Positions 11,267 through 23,980 of a DNA stretch of 64,000 nt are shown one piece after another. Source of the stretch: the human T2T-CHM13v2.0 reference genome, Homo sapiens. The stretch lies in the NCBI RefSeq assembly GCF_009914755.1, contig NC_060944.1, one strand, 5' to 3'. The notes beneath the pieces were generated by a model. That model was not told where the DNA came from, made no database searches, and saw only the letters and a program-made list of their open reading frames with translations. A program made the translations under genes and the position numbers. Position 1 is the stretch's first letter. Each line of letters begins with the position of its first letter.

Positions 11267-13519
11267 GGCGGGGAGGTGCCACACACTTCTACATGATGAG
11301 GTCTCGCAAGAACTCAGTCACTATCATGAATATAGCACTAAGCCACAAGGGATTTGTCTCCATGATCCAAACACCTCCCACCAGGCCCCACCTCCAGTAC
11401 TGGGTATTCCAATTCAACATGAGAGTTCAGCAGGGATAAATATCCAAATGACATCATTTCTCCCCTGGCCCCTCCCAAATCTCATGTCCTTCTCACATGG
11501 CAAATACAGTCATGCCTTCCCAGTAGTCTCCCAAAGTGTTAACTTGTTCCAGTATTAACTGAAAAGTCCAAAGCCCAAAATCTTATGAGACAAGGCAAGG
11601 CCCTTCCACCTATGAGCTGGTAAAATCAAAACCAAGTAATTTATTTCCAGGATACCATGTGGGTACAGACATTGAGTAAACATTGCCATTATAAAAGGAA
11701 GAAATCAACCAAAAGGAAGGTGCTACAGGCGCCACACAAGTCTGAAACCCAGCAGGGCAGTTATTAAATCTTAGAGCTCCAAAATAATCTCTCTTTTTTG
11801 ACTCCATATTCTGCATTCAGAGCACACTGGTGCAGGGGATAGGTTCCCATAGTCTTGGGCAGCTCCACTTCTGTGGTCTTTTCATGGATCAGCCCTGACT
11901 ACTGCTCTCACAGGTTGAGTGCTTATGATTTTTCCAGGTGCATGCTGCAAGTGGCTGGTGGATCTACCATTCTGGGGTCTGGAGGGTGGTGGCCCCCTTC
12001 CCATAGTTACACTAGGCAGTACCCCAGTGGGGACTCTGTGTGGGGGCTCCAACCCCACATTTTCCCACCACGCTGCCCTAGTAGAGGTTACTGTGAGGGC
12101 TCTGCCCCTGAAGCAGGCTTCTGCCTGGGCACCCAGGTTTTCTCATACATCCTCTGAAATCTAGGCAGGGGCTGTCAAGCCTTCACTCTTGCACTCTGTG
12201 TGCCCACAGGCTTAACACCACGTGAAAGCCACCAAAGCTTACAGCTTGCGCTCTCCCGAGTAGCAGCCCAAGCTGTATCTGGGGCCCTTTGAATCATGAC
12301 TGATGCCATGACTGGAGCCACAGCAGCTGGAATGCAGGGAGCACTGTCCTGAGGCTGTGCAGGGTAGCGGGGGCACTGGCTGGCCTGTGAAATCATTCTT
12401 TTTTCTTAGGCCTCTGGGCCTCTCGTGGCGGGGGTGCTGCCTGGAAGTTTTCTGAAATATCTTTGAGGACTTTTCCCCGTTATGTTGGCTATTAACACTT
12501 TGCTCCCTTTTAGTTAAGAGTAAATTTCTCTATCGAGTGGTTGCTCTATAACCAATTAAATTTCTTTCCTGAAAAAAGCTTTTTCTTTCTTGGCTTCATG
12601 GCCAGGATGCAAATTTTCCAAACTTTTATGCTCTGCTTCGTATTTAAATATAAATTCCAACTTTAAGTTATTTCTTTGCTCCCACACCTGAGCGTAGGCT
12701 GTTAGAAGCAGCCAGGCCAATTCTTGAATGCTTTGCTGCTCAGAAATTTCTTCCACCAGATACCTTAGGTCTCACTCTCAAGCTCAAAAGTCAACAGGTT
12801 CCTAGGGAATGAACCCAATGCAGGCAAGTTCTTTGCTAAGGCGTAACATGTGTGACCTTTGCTCAAATTCGCAATAAATTCCTCATTTCCATCTGAGACC
12901 TCCTCAGCCTGGACTTCACTGTCCATATCACTATCAGCATTTTGGTGATAACCATTTAACCAATCTCTAAGAAGTTCCAGACTTTCTTTCATCTTTCTGT
13001 CTTTTTCTGAGTTCTCCAAGTTCTTGCAGCATATGCTTATTACCCAGTTTCAAAGCTGCCTCCAAAATTTCAGTTATCTTTATAACAATACCTCACTCCT
13101 CAGTACCAATTTTCTGTATTAAGCCATTCTGTCATTGCTATAAAGAAAGATCTGAGACTGGACAATTTATAAAGAAAATAGGTTTAATAGGCTCATGGTT
13201 CTGCAGGCTGTACAGGAAGCATGGTGCTGGCATTTGCTTGGCTTCTAGTGAGACCTCAGGAAGCTTACAATCACGGCAGAAGGTGAAGGGGGAGCAGGCA
13301 CATATGGCGAAAGCAGGAGCAAGAGGGAGGGTGGTGGGGAGGTGCCACACATTTTAAACAACCAGATGTCATGAGAACTCACTCACTATCGCAAAGGCAG
13401 CACCAGGCCATGCGGGATCTATGCCCATGACCCAAACACTCCCAGCAGGCCCCACCTCCAGCACTGGGGATTACAGTTCAATATGAGATTTGGGTGGGGA
13501 CAAATATTCAACTTTATCA
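11025..13519 (-). mobile_element. Complete MaLR element: MSTA-like 3' LTR (11025-11456), internal region (11457-13114), 5' LTR (13115-13519)
   Basis: Two homologous TG...CA LTRs in direct orientation. The internal region starts GAAAATTGGTACTGAGGAGT on the minus strand. MaLR ORF remnants 'EKDRKMKESLELLRDWLNG..QNADSDMDSEVQAEEVSDG'. Near-perfect 5-bp TSD CCCCC/GCCCC. (GA)n at ~11234-11263. Confidence 0.92.
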
Positions 13520-14129
13520 GCCCCTTCACAAGAAATCCATTTCGAAGAACTGACTAGGTCCCCTCCCCCTAGGCTTGAAATGGGCTGGGCTATCCTCTGC
13601 CAGTTTCAGGCCCCAGCTTGGGTTGGGGATGAGGACAATGGGTAGAAAGACAGGAGAAGTGGAGGGAGACAGGTGGGTCTGAGTAATTGAGTGAAAAGTG
13701 ATTATGGAATATTTGGTCACTGGAAAACAAAGAGAGACAGAGAGAGGATCAGAAAGGGGAGACAACTAATGACGCAAGGCACTAGGTTTGGGAGAATCGT
13801 GTGGGATTGGAAGTTTGAGAGGAAAATGTTGGGAGAGGGGGATGGATAGAAAGAATTTGAGGGCAGCTACAGGGTGTGGGACAGACCAAGAGTGAGTGGA
13901 ATAGGGATTTAGAAATAAAAGCCTTACTATGGGTTATGAATTGCATTCTCTTTGATGTTCTTTGAGAGACTCCAACAAAAAATGGAAATAATCTAAATTT
14001 TGTTTGAGCATTCAGAGGTGTGATTGTGTGAGCCTGTTTCTTTATGTGACTCCACGCAGAGACTGGGCCCCGTGATGAGCCCTCTCCTGTCTGGGTTCAC
14101 GCTGTTGTTCACGTGGTGCCCTGTGTGCA

Positions 14130-14340
14130 TAGCATCTGGAGTCAGAAGACCTGGCGCTTGAAAGCTGGATGCAAGATGTTGCAAAAGTTACTTAGCTTCT
14201 TTAAGCCTCAGTTTCCTTAACTGTAAAATGGACACACTAATAATAGCTTTCTAATAGGGCTGTCTTCAAAGCAAACTGAGATAATTAGATGTGGAGATGC
14301 AAGGTTAGGCTTATCACACTGTAAGCAATTAATTATTAAT
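14130..14340 (+). mobile_element. MIR
   Basis: MIR core 'aagttactt...agcctcagtttccttaactgtaaaatgg...ataatag'. Confidence 0.8.
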
Positions 14341-14378
14341 AGATCTTTATTTCTTTGCTTTTTTTTTCATTCATCCCC

Positions 14379-14751
14379 TGATATGGTTTGGCTCTGTGCC
14401 CCTACCCAAATCTCACCTTGAATTGTAATCACCATAATCCCCACATGTGAAGGGCAGGACCAGGTGGAGGTAATTGAATCATGGAAGTGGTTTTCCCCAG
14501 GCTGTTCTCATGATGAGTGAGTCTCATGAGATCTGATGGTTTTATAAACATCTGGCATTTCCCCTGCTTGCACTTCTTCTTCCTGCCGCCTTGTGAAGAT
14601 GTCTTACTTCCTCTTTGCCTTTCAGCATGATTGTGAGTTTCCTGAGGCCTCCGCAGCCTTGCTGAACTGTGAGTCAATTAAACCTCTTTCCTTTATAAAT
14701 TACCCAGTCTCAGGCATGTCTTTATTAGCAGCATGAGAACAGACTAATACA
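14379..14751 (+). mobile_element. THE1 (THE1C/D-like) solo MaLR LTR
   Basis: TGATATGGTTTGGCTCTGTG...AACAGACTAATACA, 373 bp. Confidence 0.93.
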
Positions 14752-16349
14752 TCTCTTCATGTTACGTCTTACAACCCCAGCTGTTGCGTTTGCTCTTTGT
14801 AGAAAGGACTGTGTCCTCTGAGCCCAACCAGGATGGCATACATTTCTGGAGCTCCAGGAGGCCATCTGGGGTGAGTCTACCCTGTAACCCCAGGGGGCTC
14901 TTTCACATGCTGCCCCAAGAGGGGCAGCCTGTCATGACCCAGGCACAGATATGTGTGCCCTGACACCCAGCCTGTTCCCTTGAAGGGGTTTCTGTGTGCT
15001 CTATGCTAAGCCTTGTCTGAGTTTCTTGACCCTGGCTGTGAGTCTCATGAGCGAGCCATGAGGGTTTGGCCTGTTTGCTCAACCCCTAGAAAGAGGACAT
15101 GTACAAGTGGGCTTTCACCGAACGTCCCTGAGCAGAATCAGAATCATACATTCATAATCATATTTAATTCCTCAACAACAAAAGAGACACATTTGTCTCA
15201 GGGCTAAGTACTAAAAAATGCATGGAGCAGGAGAAAATCATCAACAAAAATTTAACTGAATGCCCATGACTAATGATTTATTTAAGGTGTTCTGGCTTGA
15301 TTACAGCTGGCTGTATTTGAAAACAACCAGCTTGTGTGGGAGGCAGAGTAGGGGGCAGCTGTAGGGCAGCCTGGGCCTGGCTGGTGGACTGAGGCCCCCA
15401 TCTACAAGCCAGGCAACTTGGGCAGCTCCCCCTCTGTGTATGAGGCACTGAGGTGTTGTGTGCAAAATGACTGGCACCAAGCTAGTGCTCAATAAACGTC
15501 ACATACTGTTACCGTTTTTTGCTGTAGTCAGGAGTGTTAATGCCATTTGCTTCTCCTGAAAATAAAATCTTAATTTTTTGTACTCCAAAATGACAGATAA
15601 ATATTTTATTTGTTTGATACTGAGTGTTCTGCATCTGACATCCTAATGAACACTGAACATATTTCCATTCACTAATGCTGTTAAAAGAACCACAGGCTTG
15701 GTTTTGCAAAAAGATGTATCTTTGCAACCAACAGACTTACCCATTACTGCAGAGATGAGAGGACTTTCTGCTGTTTGAATGTATGCATTAACCAAAAATA
15801 CAGAAGCGAGTGTGACCTTGAATATTAGCATTGGGAACAACAGGTGGTCGTGGACATAAAGTCTTACCCACAGCTAGGGGCAAAGGGCATGCTACGAACA
15901 TTTCATTGAACATAGGATCACAAGCATGCACATTGTCACATTGTCACATGGAAGCTATTTGCAGAGGGAAAAGTGGGGACGAGGGTACAATGACTTGGAC
16001 AGAGACCCCACAATCTATGGGAAGGCCTAAGATTGTGAGGTAGACACAAATGCCTTCTCCTTCTGGCTATTTTAAGATAAGCATTCTGAAAAGCACACAT
16101 ATTGACTGAGCTCTATCCAATAATGATGAAAAATACAGACCAAAACACAACAAGGAAAAAGAAAGTGATCAGAGGTGTGGTGGTTGGTGAGTGTTTGGCT
16201 TCTCTACCTGTTCATCCCAAAGCCCACTGCTGGTAATTGCTGCTGCCTCTTTGATCCCAGACAAGGAATAAGGGCCAGGCCTGATGCTCAGAAGAAGCCA
16301 AGGTGGCCTCTCTTAACACAAAGGTAAAGAGCATGGGTTTGAGCCCTCT

Positions 16350-16560
16350 TGTGCAAGGTGCTTTGCAAAGCATGACTTTGCATATCTATTCTAATTTTAT
16401 CTTTGCAATAACCTGTGGGATGGAAAACACTTCCACCCATTTCACAGATGTAAAAAATGAGGCCCAGCAGGGGTAAGATGCTCTCAATCACACAGTGTCA
16501 AAGTTTCAGCCTCTGGGAGTGCTTGTTCCTCCTTGTGTTGGTCTGAAATCTGATTTCCCA
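16350..16560 (-). mobile_element. MIR
   Basis: 'cccatttcacagatgtaaaaaatgaggcccagcaggggtaag' is the reverse complement of the MIR core. Confidence 0.75.
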
Positions 16561-16959
16561 AACTTCTGCCCACAGTCCAGGCTTCCTACTTGCTCAGCAC
16601 ATGCCTGACCTATCCTGGGGGACAGACCTTTAGGTGGCCAAAGATGGCACTCACTTCCCTGCAGCAGTTTCCTTCCATCATTGCCACATCCTTCAAGCAT
16701 CCTTCATGCATCTTTCCCACAGCCTGGCTTTGAGTCTCTCCAACATTTTATTTTAAATCTACCTCCAGCTGATTGATATCACTCTGCAAAATTTAGTATT
16801 TAGAACCTCATGCCACACCACGACCTGGTTTTAAAACACCTGAATTAAGTTTACAATGATCAACTGTATTAACTCTGTCGCTAGGGTTCTCTTATTGCAA
16901 GCTAAGTTTGTGCCAGCATTGTCAGCAGCCAATAATAGCATGAACTTACACGGAGATCC

Positions 16960-18000
16960 TTGTGCATTCATTGGGTCACAGAGCGCTGTTGGGTACCTCC
17001 TACACACCAGGTCTTGGTCTCTAGGATATAATGGTGAGCAGCAGAAAATTCAGATGCAGAGCAGTAGGGAGGGCAGAAAGGAAGGAAACAATCAAACTAG
17101 TGCGTGTCAGGTTGCCACTCTGTGTGTGCTGTAAAGGGAAGGACGTGGTGCGCTCATCGTGTAAACAGGCAGGCCTGGCGTGGTTTGAATGGGGATGGTG
17201 AGAAGACACTCCCCTAAGGAAGTGGCATTTAATCTGATAGGTAACGAATGAGAATAAAGTGGGTGAAGTGGTCAGGTGGGGTGGCTCACACCTGTAATCC
17301 TAGCACTTTGGGAGGCTGGGGCGGGTGGATAGCTTGAGCCCGGGAGTTTCAGACCAGCCTGGGAAACATGGTGAAACGCTTTCTCTACTAAAATTATGTA
17401 AAACCAGCTGGGTGTGGTGATGCATGCCTGTAGTCCAACTACTCAGGTGGCTGAGGTGGGAGGATCACTTGAGCCCAGGAGGTCAAGGCTGCAGTGAGCT
17501 GTAATCGTGCCACTGCACTCCAGCCTGGGTGACAGGAATGAGACTCTGCCTCAAAAACAAAACAAAACAAAACAAAAAAACCTGGGAAGAGGCAGGAGAT
17601 ATAGAGGGTGGAGTGTAATAGGAGAGTGTTCCAGGAAGCATGTGCAAAGGTCCTGAGGCAGGGAGGAGCTTTGTGGTGAAGGACATAAGGAAGAGTGGCT
17701 GATGTTCAGAGAATGAGCATGTTCTGAGTCAGGAATAGAGAAGCTGGCCCCAGGGCAGCCATGCAGGAGCTTGTCAGACATGGCGGGGGGTTGGGCCTTT
17801 ATTCTGAGAGTAATAAGAAGTCACTGAAGAATTTCAGGCAGAGGAATGAAATGATGAGGCTGCAGCTTGAAAAGCTCCCTTTGCCTGCTAGGTGTAGACG
17901 GGAACCTCACAGGGCAAGAAAGCTGGTAGGAAGGCTACTGAGGCAGGGGAGGGGAGAATTGATGGGGTCTGTGAGGGAGGTGTGAGTGTTGACTGATGGA
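16960..18000 (-). mobile_element. L2 fragments flanking an Alu
   Basis: L2 3'-end-like 'cattcatt...' and the typical antisense L2 purine-rich sequence 'gtgttccagg..gcatgtgcaaaggtcctgaggcaggg'. Confidence 0.7.
17270..17580 (+). mobile_element. AluJ
   Basis: AluJ diagnostics 'ggatcacttgagcccaggaggtcaaggctgcagtgagc' and an (AAAAC)n tail. Confidence 0.95.
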
Positions 18001-19149
18001 AGATCTGGGGCATGAGCTCCTTCTCATGATGGAGTCCACAGGCTGGCCCCAGCAGTTACCTTGCAAGCTGGAGTAAAGACTTTGGACCAGGTGCTCTCTT
18101 GGGTGGAAACAAGACCCACCAGAAATGGTCCTACTGGTTCACCACCTTTCTCTACTTGGAAATCAGCTAGTAAGGCAGGATTCCCCCCTTTGACATGCAT
18201 GGGCCACCTTCATCAGTGGTTAAGAAGAAAAGGTAACACTGGGACCTGAACTCGCGTTATTTAAAATGGGAAGTTTGAGGGGAGGCTTCGTGCCAAACGG
18301 AGCAATATTTGTTGTAAATGGTGCATGCGCTGTATGTGGCAAAAGGCATTTTTTGATGTCGGCTATTTCTTTGAACTCTGAAGAGCCCTACCTTTCACTG
18401 GCTTCTGTCTAGCAAGCCACCCCTTCAGTGTCCTGAGCACACCTTAGATCAAAGCCCGCTGCACCCAGGCCTTTTTTATGTTCCTTTTGCACAGGTGAGA
18501 TGAAAGTTGCTGGGAATGGGGATGTCATTCCATGAGCCAGATGAGAAATGGGGGGATGGGCATCTGCGGGAGGGTCCACAGCACAGTCCCCAGGAAGACA
18601 GCAGCTGTCCCCTTTTCTCTCCAGTGACCAGCATTTCACCAGGGGAGAATTTGGGCTCAAAGTTTTCCTGTTTGGGGTGGGACACAGAAGCCCAGGCCAC
18701 CCTTTCAAGGGCATAACGCTGTCAATTTCTTAACCCTATTTGTCACACTCATATGGATGCCATAATTAGTTATTTAATTATGATGTGTAAAACCAGAAGC
18801 TAACGAGGATAAAATGATGAAAGTTAATCATTTTGCCACCCCAAGGTAATGAGCTTTCATCCTGTCCTCAGATATTGGGGTTGGAAATCAGATTCTTGTA
18901 AAACGACTCTCTGTGGGCTGACTTCAAAATGTGGGGAGTGTCTATGACATGGCTCCTGTGTCACTTCTGAGGGACGGAGGGAGGCAGAATTAGAACAACA
19001 CAACAGTGAGCACAGGCAAAGAGGGGGAGGTGCCTGGTGGTCCCTCTGTGCCTGGCGCTGCTCCAAGGACATGACTCCCATGACCGGCAGTGAGCAGTCA
19101 ATTCCGTAGTGGCACCATCACCCCGGTGAGGAATAAGAGGCTGAGATGC

Positions 19150-19489
<340 letters not shown>

Positions 19490-19717
19490 TCACATGGCTG
19501 GAAAGCAGTGGAGGCAGGCGTGCGGTCTGGTTCTGCATCCCAGCTTTTAGAAGGTCTGTTGAGCTTGCATGGAGTAAAAAGGTGCTCTGGGACACCTGCT
19601 ATCAGGAAGCCAAAGGCAAAACTGCACAGACATGCTCCTTCAACCAGCGCACACGGCAAAACTCAGGCCACTTTGGCTGCTCTTACTTGTTCTCTATAAA
19701 ATGTTTGTACTTTATAA

Positions 19718-20221
19718 CAGCGGTCCCCGACCTTTTTGGCACCAGGGACTGGTTTCTTGGAAGACAATTTTTTTTTTCCATGGACCAGGGCAGGGGGATG
19801 GTTTGGGATGATTCAAGCACATTACATTTATTGTACACTTTATTTCTATTATTATATTGTAATATATCAAGAAATCTACACAGCTCACCATAATGTAGAA
19901 TCAGTGGGAGCCCTGAGCTTGTTGTCCTTTAACTAGACGGTCTTAGCTGGGGGCGATTGGAGATGGTAACAGATTGTCAGGCATTAGATTCTCATAGGGA
20001 GTGTGCAACCTAGATCCCTTGCACGTATAGTTCGCACTCTAGTTCATGCTCCTATGAGAATCTAGTGCTGCTGTTGTTCTGGCAGAAGGTGGAGCTCAGT
20101 TGGGAATGTGAGCCATGGGGAGTGGCTGTAAACACAGATGAAGCATGGCCCGCTCTCCTGCCACTCACCTCCTGCTGTGCAGCCCAGTACCCGTCCGTGG
20201 CCCTGCGATTGAGGGCCCCCG
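19718..20221 (+). mobile_element. MER1A-like hAT-Charlie non-autonomous DNA transposon
   Basis: Starts CAGCGGTCCCCGACCTTTTTGGCACCAGGGAC. Perfect 8-bp TSD CTTTATAA at 19710-19717 and 20222-20229. Confidence 0.92.
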
Positions 20222-20438
20222 CTTTATAAAGAACCTTACACTTACTTCACTGTAAACACAATTTGAAATTCTCATTCTTTTAAAATACTTAGTTCTCATA
20301 CTTTAAGATATGTAAGTTTGACAAGTGATCAACTTTTGAAAAAGCAGCATTTAGGTGTTTGGAAATAAATGGCATGACTGCAAGGTGTTTAGCCGATGCT
20401 GTTTCTTAGTGATGCCTGTGGAAATAGCTATGTTAGAT

Positions 20439-20895
20439 TGTAACTGTTTCCTGTGTCTGCTGTAACAAATTACAAAAAATTTCGTGGCTTAGTGCAACAG
20501 AAACTCACTCTCCCACAGTTCTGGGGGCCAGAAGTCCAAAGTCAACGTGTCGGTGGGGCCACACTCACTCCTGAGGCTCTGGGGGAGGGATTTTCCTCAC
20601 CTTTCCTAGCTTCTGGTGGCTCCTGGAGATCCTTGGCTGTAGTCACCCCCTCCCATCTCTGCCTCTGCCTTCACATTACCGCGTCCTCTGTGTGTTGATG
20701 TCTTCTCCTCTCTGATCTTGTAAAGGACATTTGTCACTGGATGTAGGGGCCACCCAGGTCATCCACGATGATGACATCGCCAGACCCTTAACTTCATCTG
20801 CAGAGACCCTCTCCCACATAAGGTCACATTCACAGGTGCTGGGATGTGAACAGACCTTTTCTTGGCTCGGGGAGGGGGCAGCATTCAACCTACTG
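20439..20895 (-). mobile_element. MLT1 (MLT1C-like) solo MaLR LTR
   Basis: 'ctgctgtaacaaattac...cacagttctgggggccagaagtcc...aaggtcacattcacagg' is the MLT1 signature. Confidence 0.85.
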
Positions 20896-21852
20896 CTGAG
20901 GTCATTTGTTCAAAGCACTTAGAACAATGGCATCAATAAGAGCTCAAGGAATACTGGTGGTTGCTATTAATATAATAGTAATGATTATTATTTCCTAGGG
21001 TAGGGTTTGGGAAGCCTCCAGGCCTTTTGGTTAAAACTGAACTGATGAGCACAGAGAGTCAGTGCAACAGGTGGGGGAAAGGCCTGGGAGCCTGGCGGCC
21101 CCTGCTCCCACCAGTAAGGCTGCCTGTCCGAGGGGAGGCCTGGGGGCTCCAGCCTCATCCCCCATCAGCACGGCGAGAACAGTGGTTTCTTGCTGGGGAT
21201 TGCAGTGTCTGCCTTTCGAGTTTCCTTGGAGCAGATGTTCTGAGAGTTCAGTGTTTTCCCTGCTGAGAAGCCCAGGGCTCTGACCCTGCCAACATGCTCC
21301 CGAGATTCCTAAACACAGCACTGATTGGAACCTGACCTCTTCACAGTGCAGAGGATCCTTGGGGGCTCCTGCTCTTTAGTAAAAACACAGCTCGCCTCTC
21401 ATTTTCCACCTGGAGCTCCTCACCCGCAAGCCCTGGTGGAGCTGCTTTGAGGATGGACCAGAGCCTCATTCTGTGATGCTATCATTTCTGCATCCACAGA
21501 TTCACTGCACTGGCCACACACATGCTCGGCTGCCGGGGGACCAGGAATGCAGGGTGCGGGCTCCTGACCTGTGTTTCTAAAGTCTGCTCATTCACCCCTC
21601 GCCCAGTGCTTCTCATGCTTTCAAGGAACACACACCCTTTCAAGGGTCTTGTGTGTGCCAGGCACCCTGAACAGGCCCAGCCCCGCACTTAATGAGCTAC
21701 TCACGAATCAGAGGACAGGATGGTGAAGTGACAGGCAGTCACACTGCTTGCAAGGGGGTGACATTTGGGGGCAGGAGGCTGTAGGGTCCATGAAGAAACT
21801 CCACTGTAGGTTGTGGGGTCGGAGGAAGCCGAGGGCTAAAGGATGAGTATCA

Positions 21853-21964
21853 CCTGGAGAGAGGAAGAGGTTTCCATTGACCTGGAGAGAGGAAGAGGTT
21901 TCCATTGACCTGGAGAGAGGAAGAGGTTTCCATTGACCTGGAGAGAGGAAGAGGTTTCCATTGG
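21853..21964. repeat. Minisatellite, 4 x 28 bp (CCTGGAGAGAGGAAGAGGTTTCCATTGA)
   Basis: Units start at 21853, 21881, 21909 and 21937 and are identical except the final base. Confidence 0.97.
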
Positions 21965-22579
21965 CAAGTGGTACTGGATTCCTGTTTGCTGTGGGAGCTG
22001 CCTGGGTGTTGTAGGATATTGAGTTTAGGCAAAGCCCTGGAGGCAGCAGATAGCAGGTGTGTCTGTAACTATGTGACCCCAGGGAGGTTGGCGCCCAGTG
22101 GGCAGCCTGGGGAGCATAAGAGGAGGCTGTAGGAGCAAACAAGCAGGCAGGATCCTGGAGGGCCCATAGGTACTGAGGAGTGTGGGCTACGTGTTTGGAG
22201 CAGGAAAGCCACATACTCCGAGCAGCCTTTTACAATGGCCCACCTGCTGTACTGGGACCTTATCACTCCATGCTGGGCTCAGATTAACACCAGTGAAAAA
22301 CATCTCAAGATCTGCTCCTGTGTGGTTTCTCCTGGTCAGTCACCCAAGAACCAGCCCTGCAGCTTTCTCCACTGGCCCACGGCACAGACTCCAGAGTGGC
22401 CGCCGCACTCGCCCTGGATGGGCCCTGCAGCTTCTGTGCCATCACTTCCCCGAGCTCACTCACACCTTGCACCCCAGCACCGGGCCACCCAGCACCGTCC
22501 ACACTGTGCAGTCGTGTGCTTCCCGAGAGTCGGTTATATTTGTTCCCAAACCTGTTTACTCCAGTCGTACTTGCTAGTG

Positions 22580-22990
22580 TAAATACACCCTGCAATTAAA
22601 TATTACATAAAACAATGAACATCTGAGTGCAAATAAGAAGGCCGTCGCTTCTATAAATAAAGGTTGAATTTTTGGAAAGACTCAAACAAGGCAAGGTACT
22701 AAAACTTTCTTCAAATTTTTTTTTCTGTGAAACAGCAATAAAGCACTGAGGGAAAAATAAGTCAAAATTCCAGCTGATGGCTATACCTGCTGCTGCTTCA
22801 AATTCTCTTCATGTTCTCTCGCCAGGATAAACAAACTGGAGGTGGTTTCATGGGTGTGGCGCATGCGAGGCCCACAGCAGAGGGCAAAGGGTTTATCTTT
22901 TTGTTTGGTTTTGTTTCTCAAAGGTTGGTAAATCTACACCTGCAGGCATGTTTAACTGTTTTATGTTACAGTATTTAAGATGCATCATCT
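22580..22990 (+). mobile_element. Ancient Tigger (TcMar-pogo) relic with transposase N-terminal HTH remnant
   Basis: Manual translation with one frameshift gives 'SANKKAVASIN/KVEFLERLKQGKVLK...CETAIKH*GKNK', which resembles the CENP-B/Tigger HTH pattern. Boundaries are approximate. Confidence 0.55.
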
Positions 22991-23270
22991 TTAGCAGTGT
23001 CTCCTGTTGTATTGGGTAAGAGGGTGTGGGCTGAGAATGTTTGTGGTCAGGAAGAAGAGGGCACCCCTAAGAGCTCAGGGTGGCTCCAAGCTCCATCCAT
23101 GTCTTGGTCTGTAAACTGGAACACCAGTGACAGTTTCTACCTATGAGACAGCCGTGTGGAAAGGTCTCAGCCATGCCTGGTACATGATCAGCACCCCAGC
23201 ATTAGATGTTGAGAGAACAAAAAAGTATAGAAGAGAAGTGAACATTTATTCCTCTAGGAAACAAGCAAAT

Positions 23271-23580
23271 TACTTATATATATAACATATATTAGATATA
23301 AATTATATCTAATATATGTTATATATTACATAATTATATATAATTTATATATATTTATACATATATAGCTATATAATTATATAATTTTATATAATTATAT
23401 ATAACATAATTATAAATATATAATACATACATATAAAATATATGTATGTATTATATATTATGCATATGTGTTATATATAATACATACGTAAAATTATATA
23501 ATATATACATATTATATATAAAATTATGTATAATATAGTTATATAAATATTATATACATATTTTTTATATATATATATAA
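23271..23580. repeat. AT-rich (TA)n-like low-complexity tract with internal perfect palindromes
   Basis: Almost entirely A/T. Inverted repeats at 23278-23326 and 23415-23459. Confidence 0.95.
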
Positions 23581-23945
23581 TTTTTTCTTTTTTCTTTATT
23601 CCTTAGAGAATACCTCCACAGATGACTTACATTTCAGTCAATTTTAAAAAATAATCCTGAAACAATGGGAACTCACTTCCTGAGGGAGAAAAGGAAGAGT
23701 AGACAGAACAAGTCATATGCTGTGATTGGCAAGCCTATGAGGTGTCTGAAAGGTCCCCAGGATGACTGACAATTGGCCTCTTGAAATTAAACAACCATAT
23801 CCTGCCGCCTGGGCACTCATGCACCGAGGCATGGGTATGTTTTGCATGCAAGGCCTGCCCTACAAAGTGTCTAGTAAGAAGGCATTATCTTTTAAAAGAT
23901 AAAATACAGCTCAGGTAGATTAACTTTTTAAAGCTCCTTCTGTGA

Positions 23946-23955
<10 letters not shown>

Positions 23956-23980
<25 letters not shown>
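23956..23980. repeat. (TA)n microsatellite
   Basis: About 12 TA units. Confidence 0.95.

Noticed and set aside
21853-21964. 28-bp direct repeats resembling a CRISPR array
   Set aside because: The units are head-to-tail with no spacers, there are no cas genes, and the context is primate DNA. This is a minisatellite.
22370-22570. Locally raised CpG/GC content
   Set aside because: Too short and too sparse in CpG to call a CpG island or promoter.
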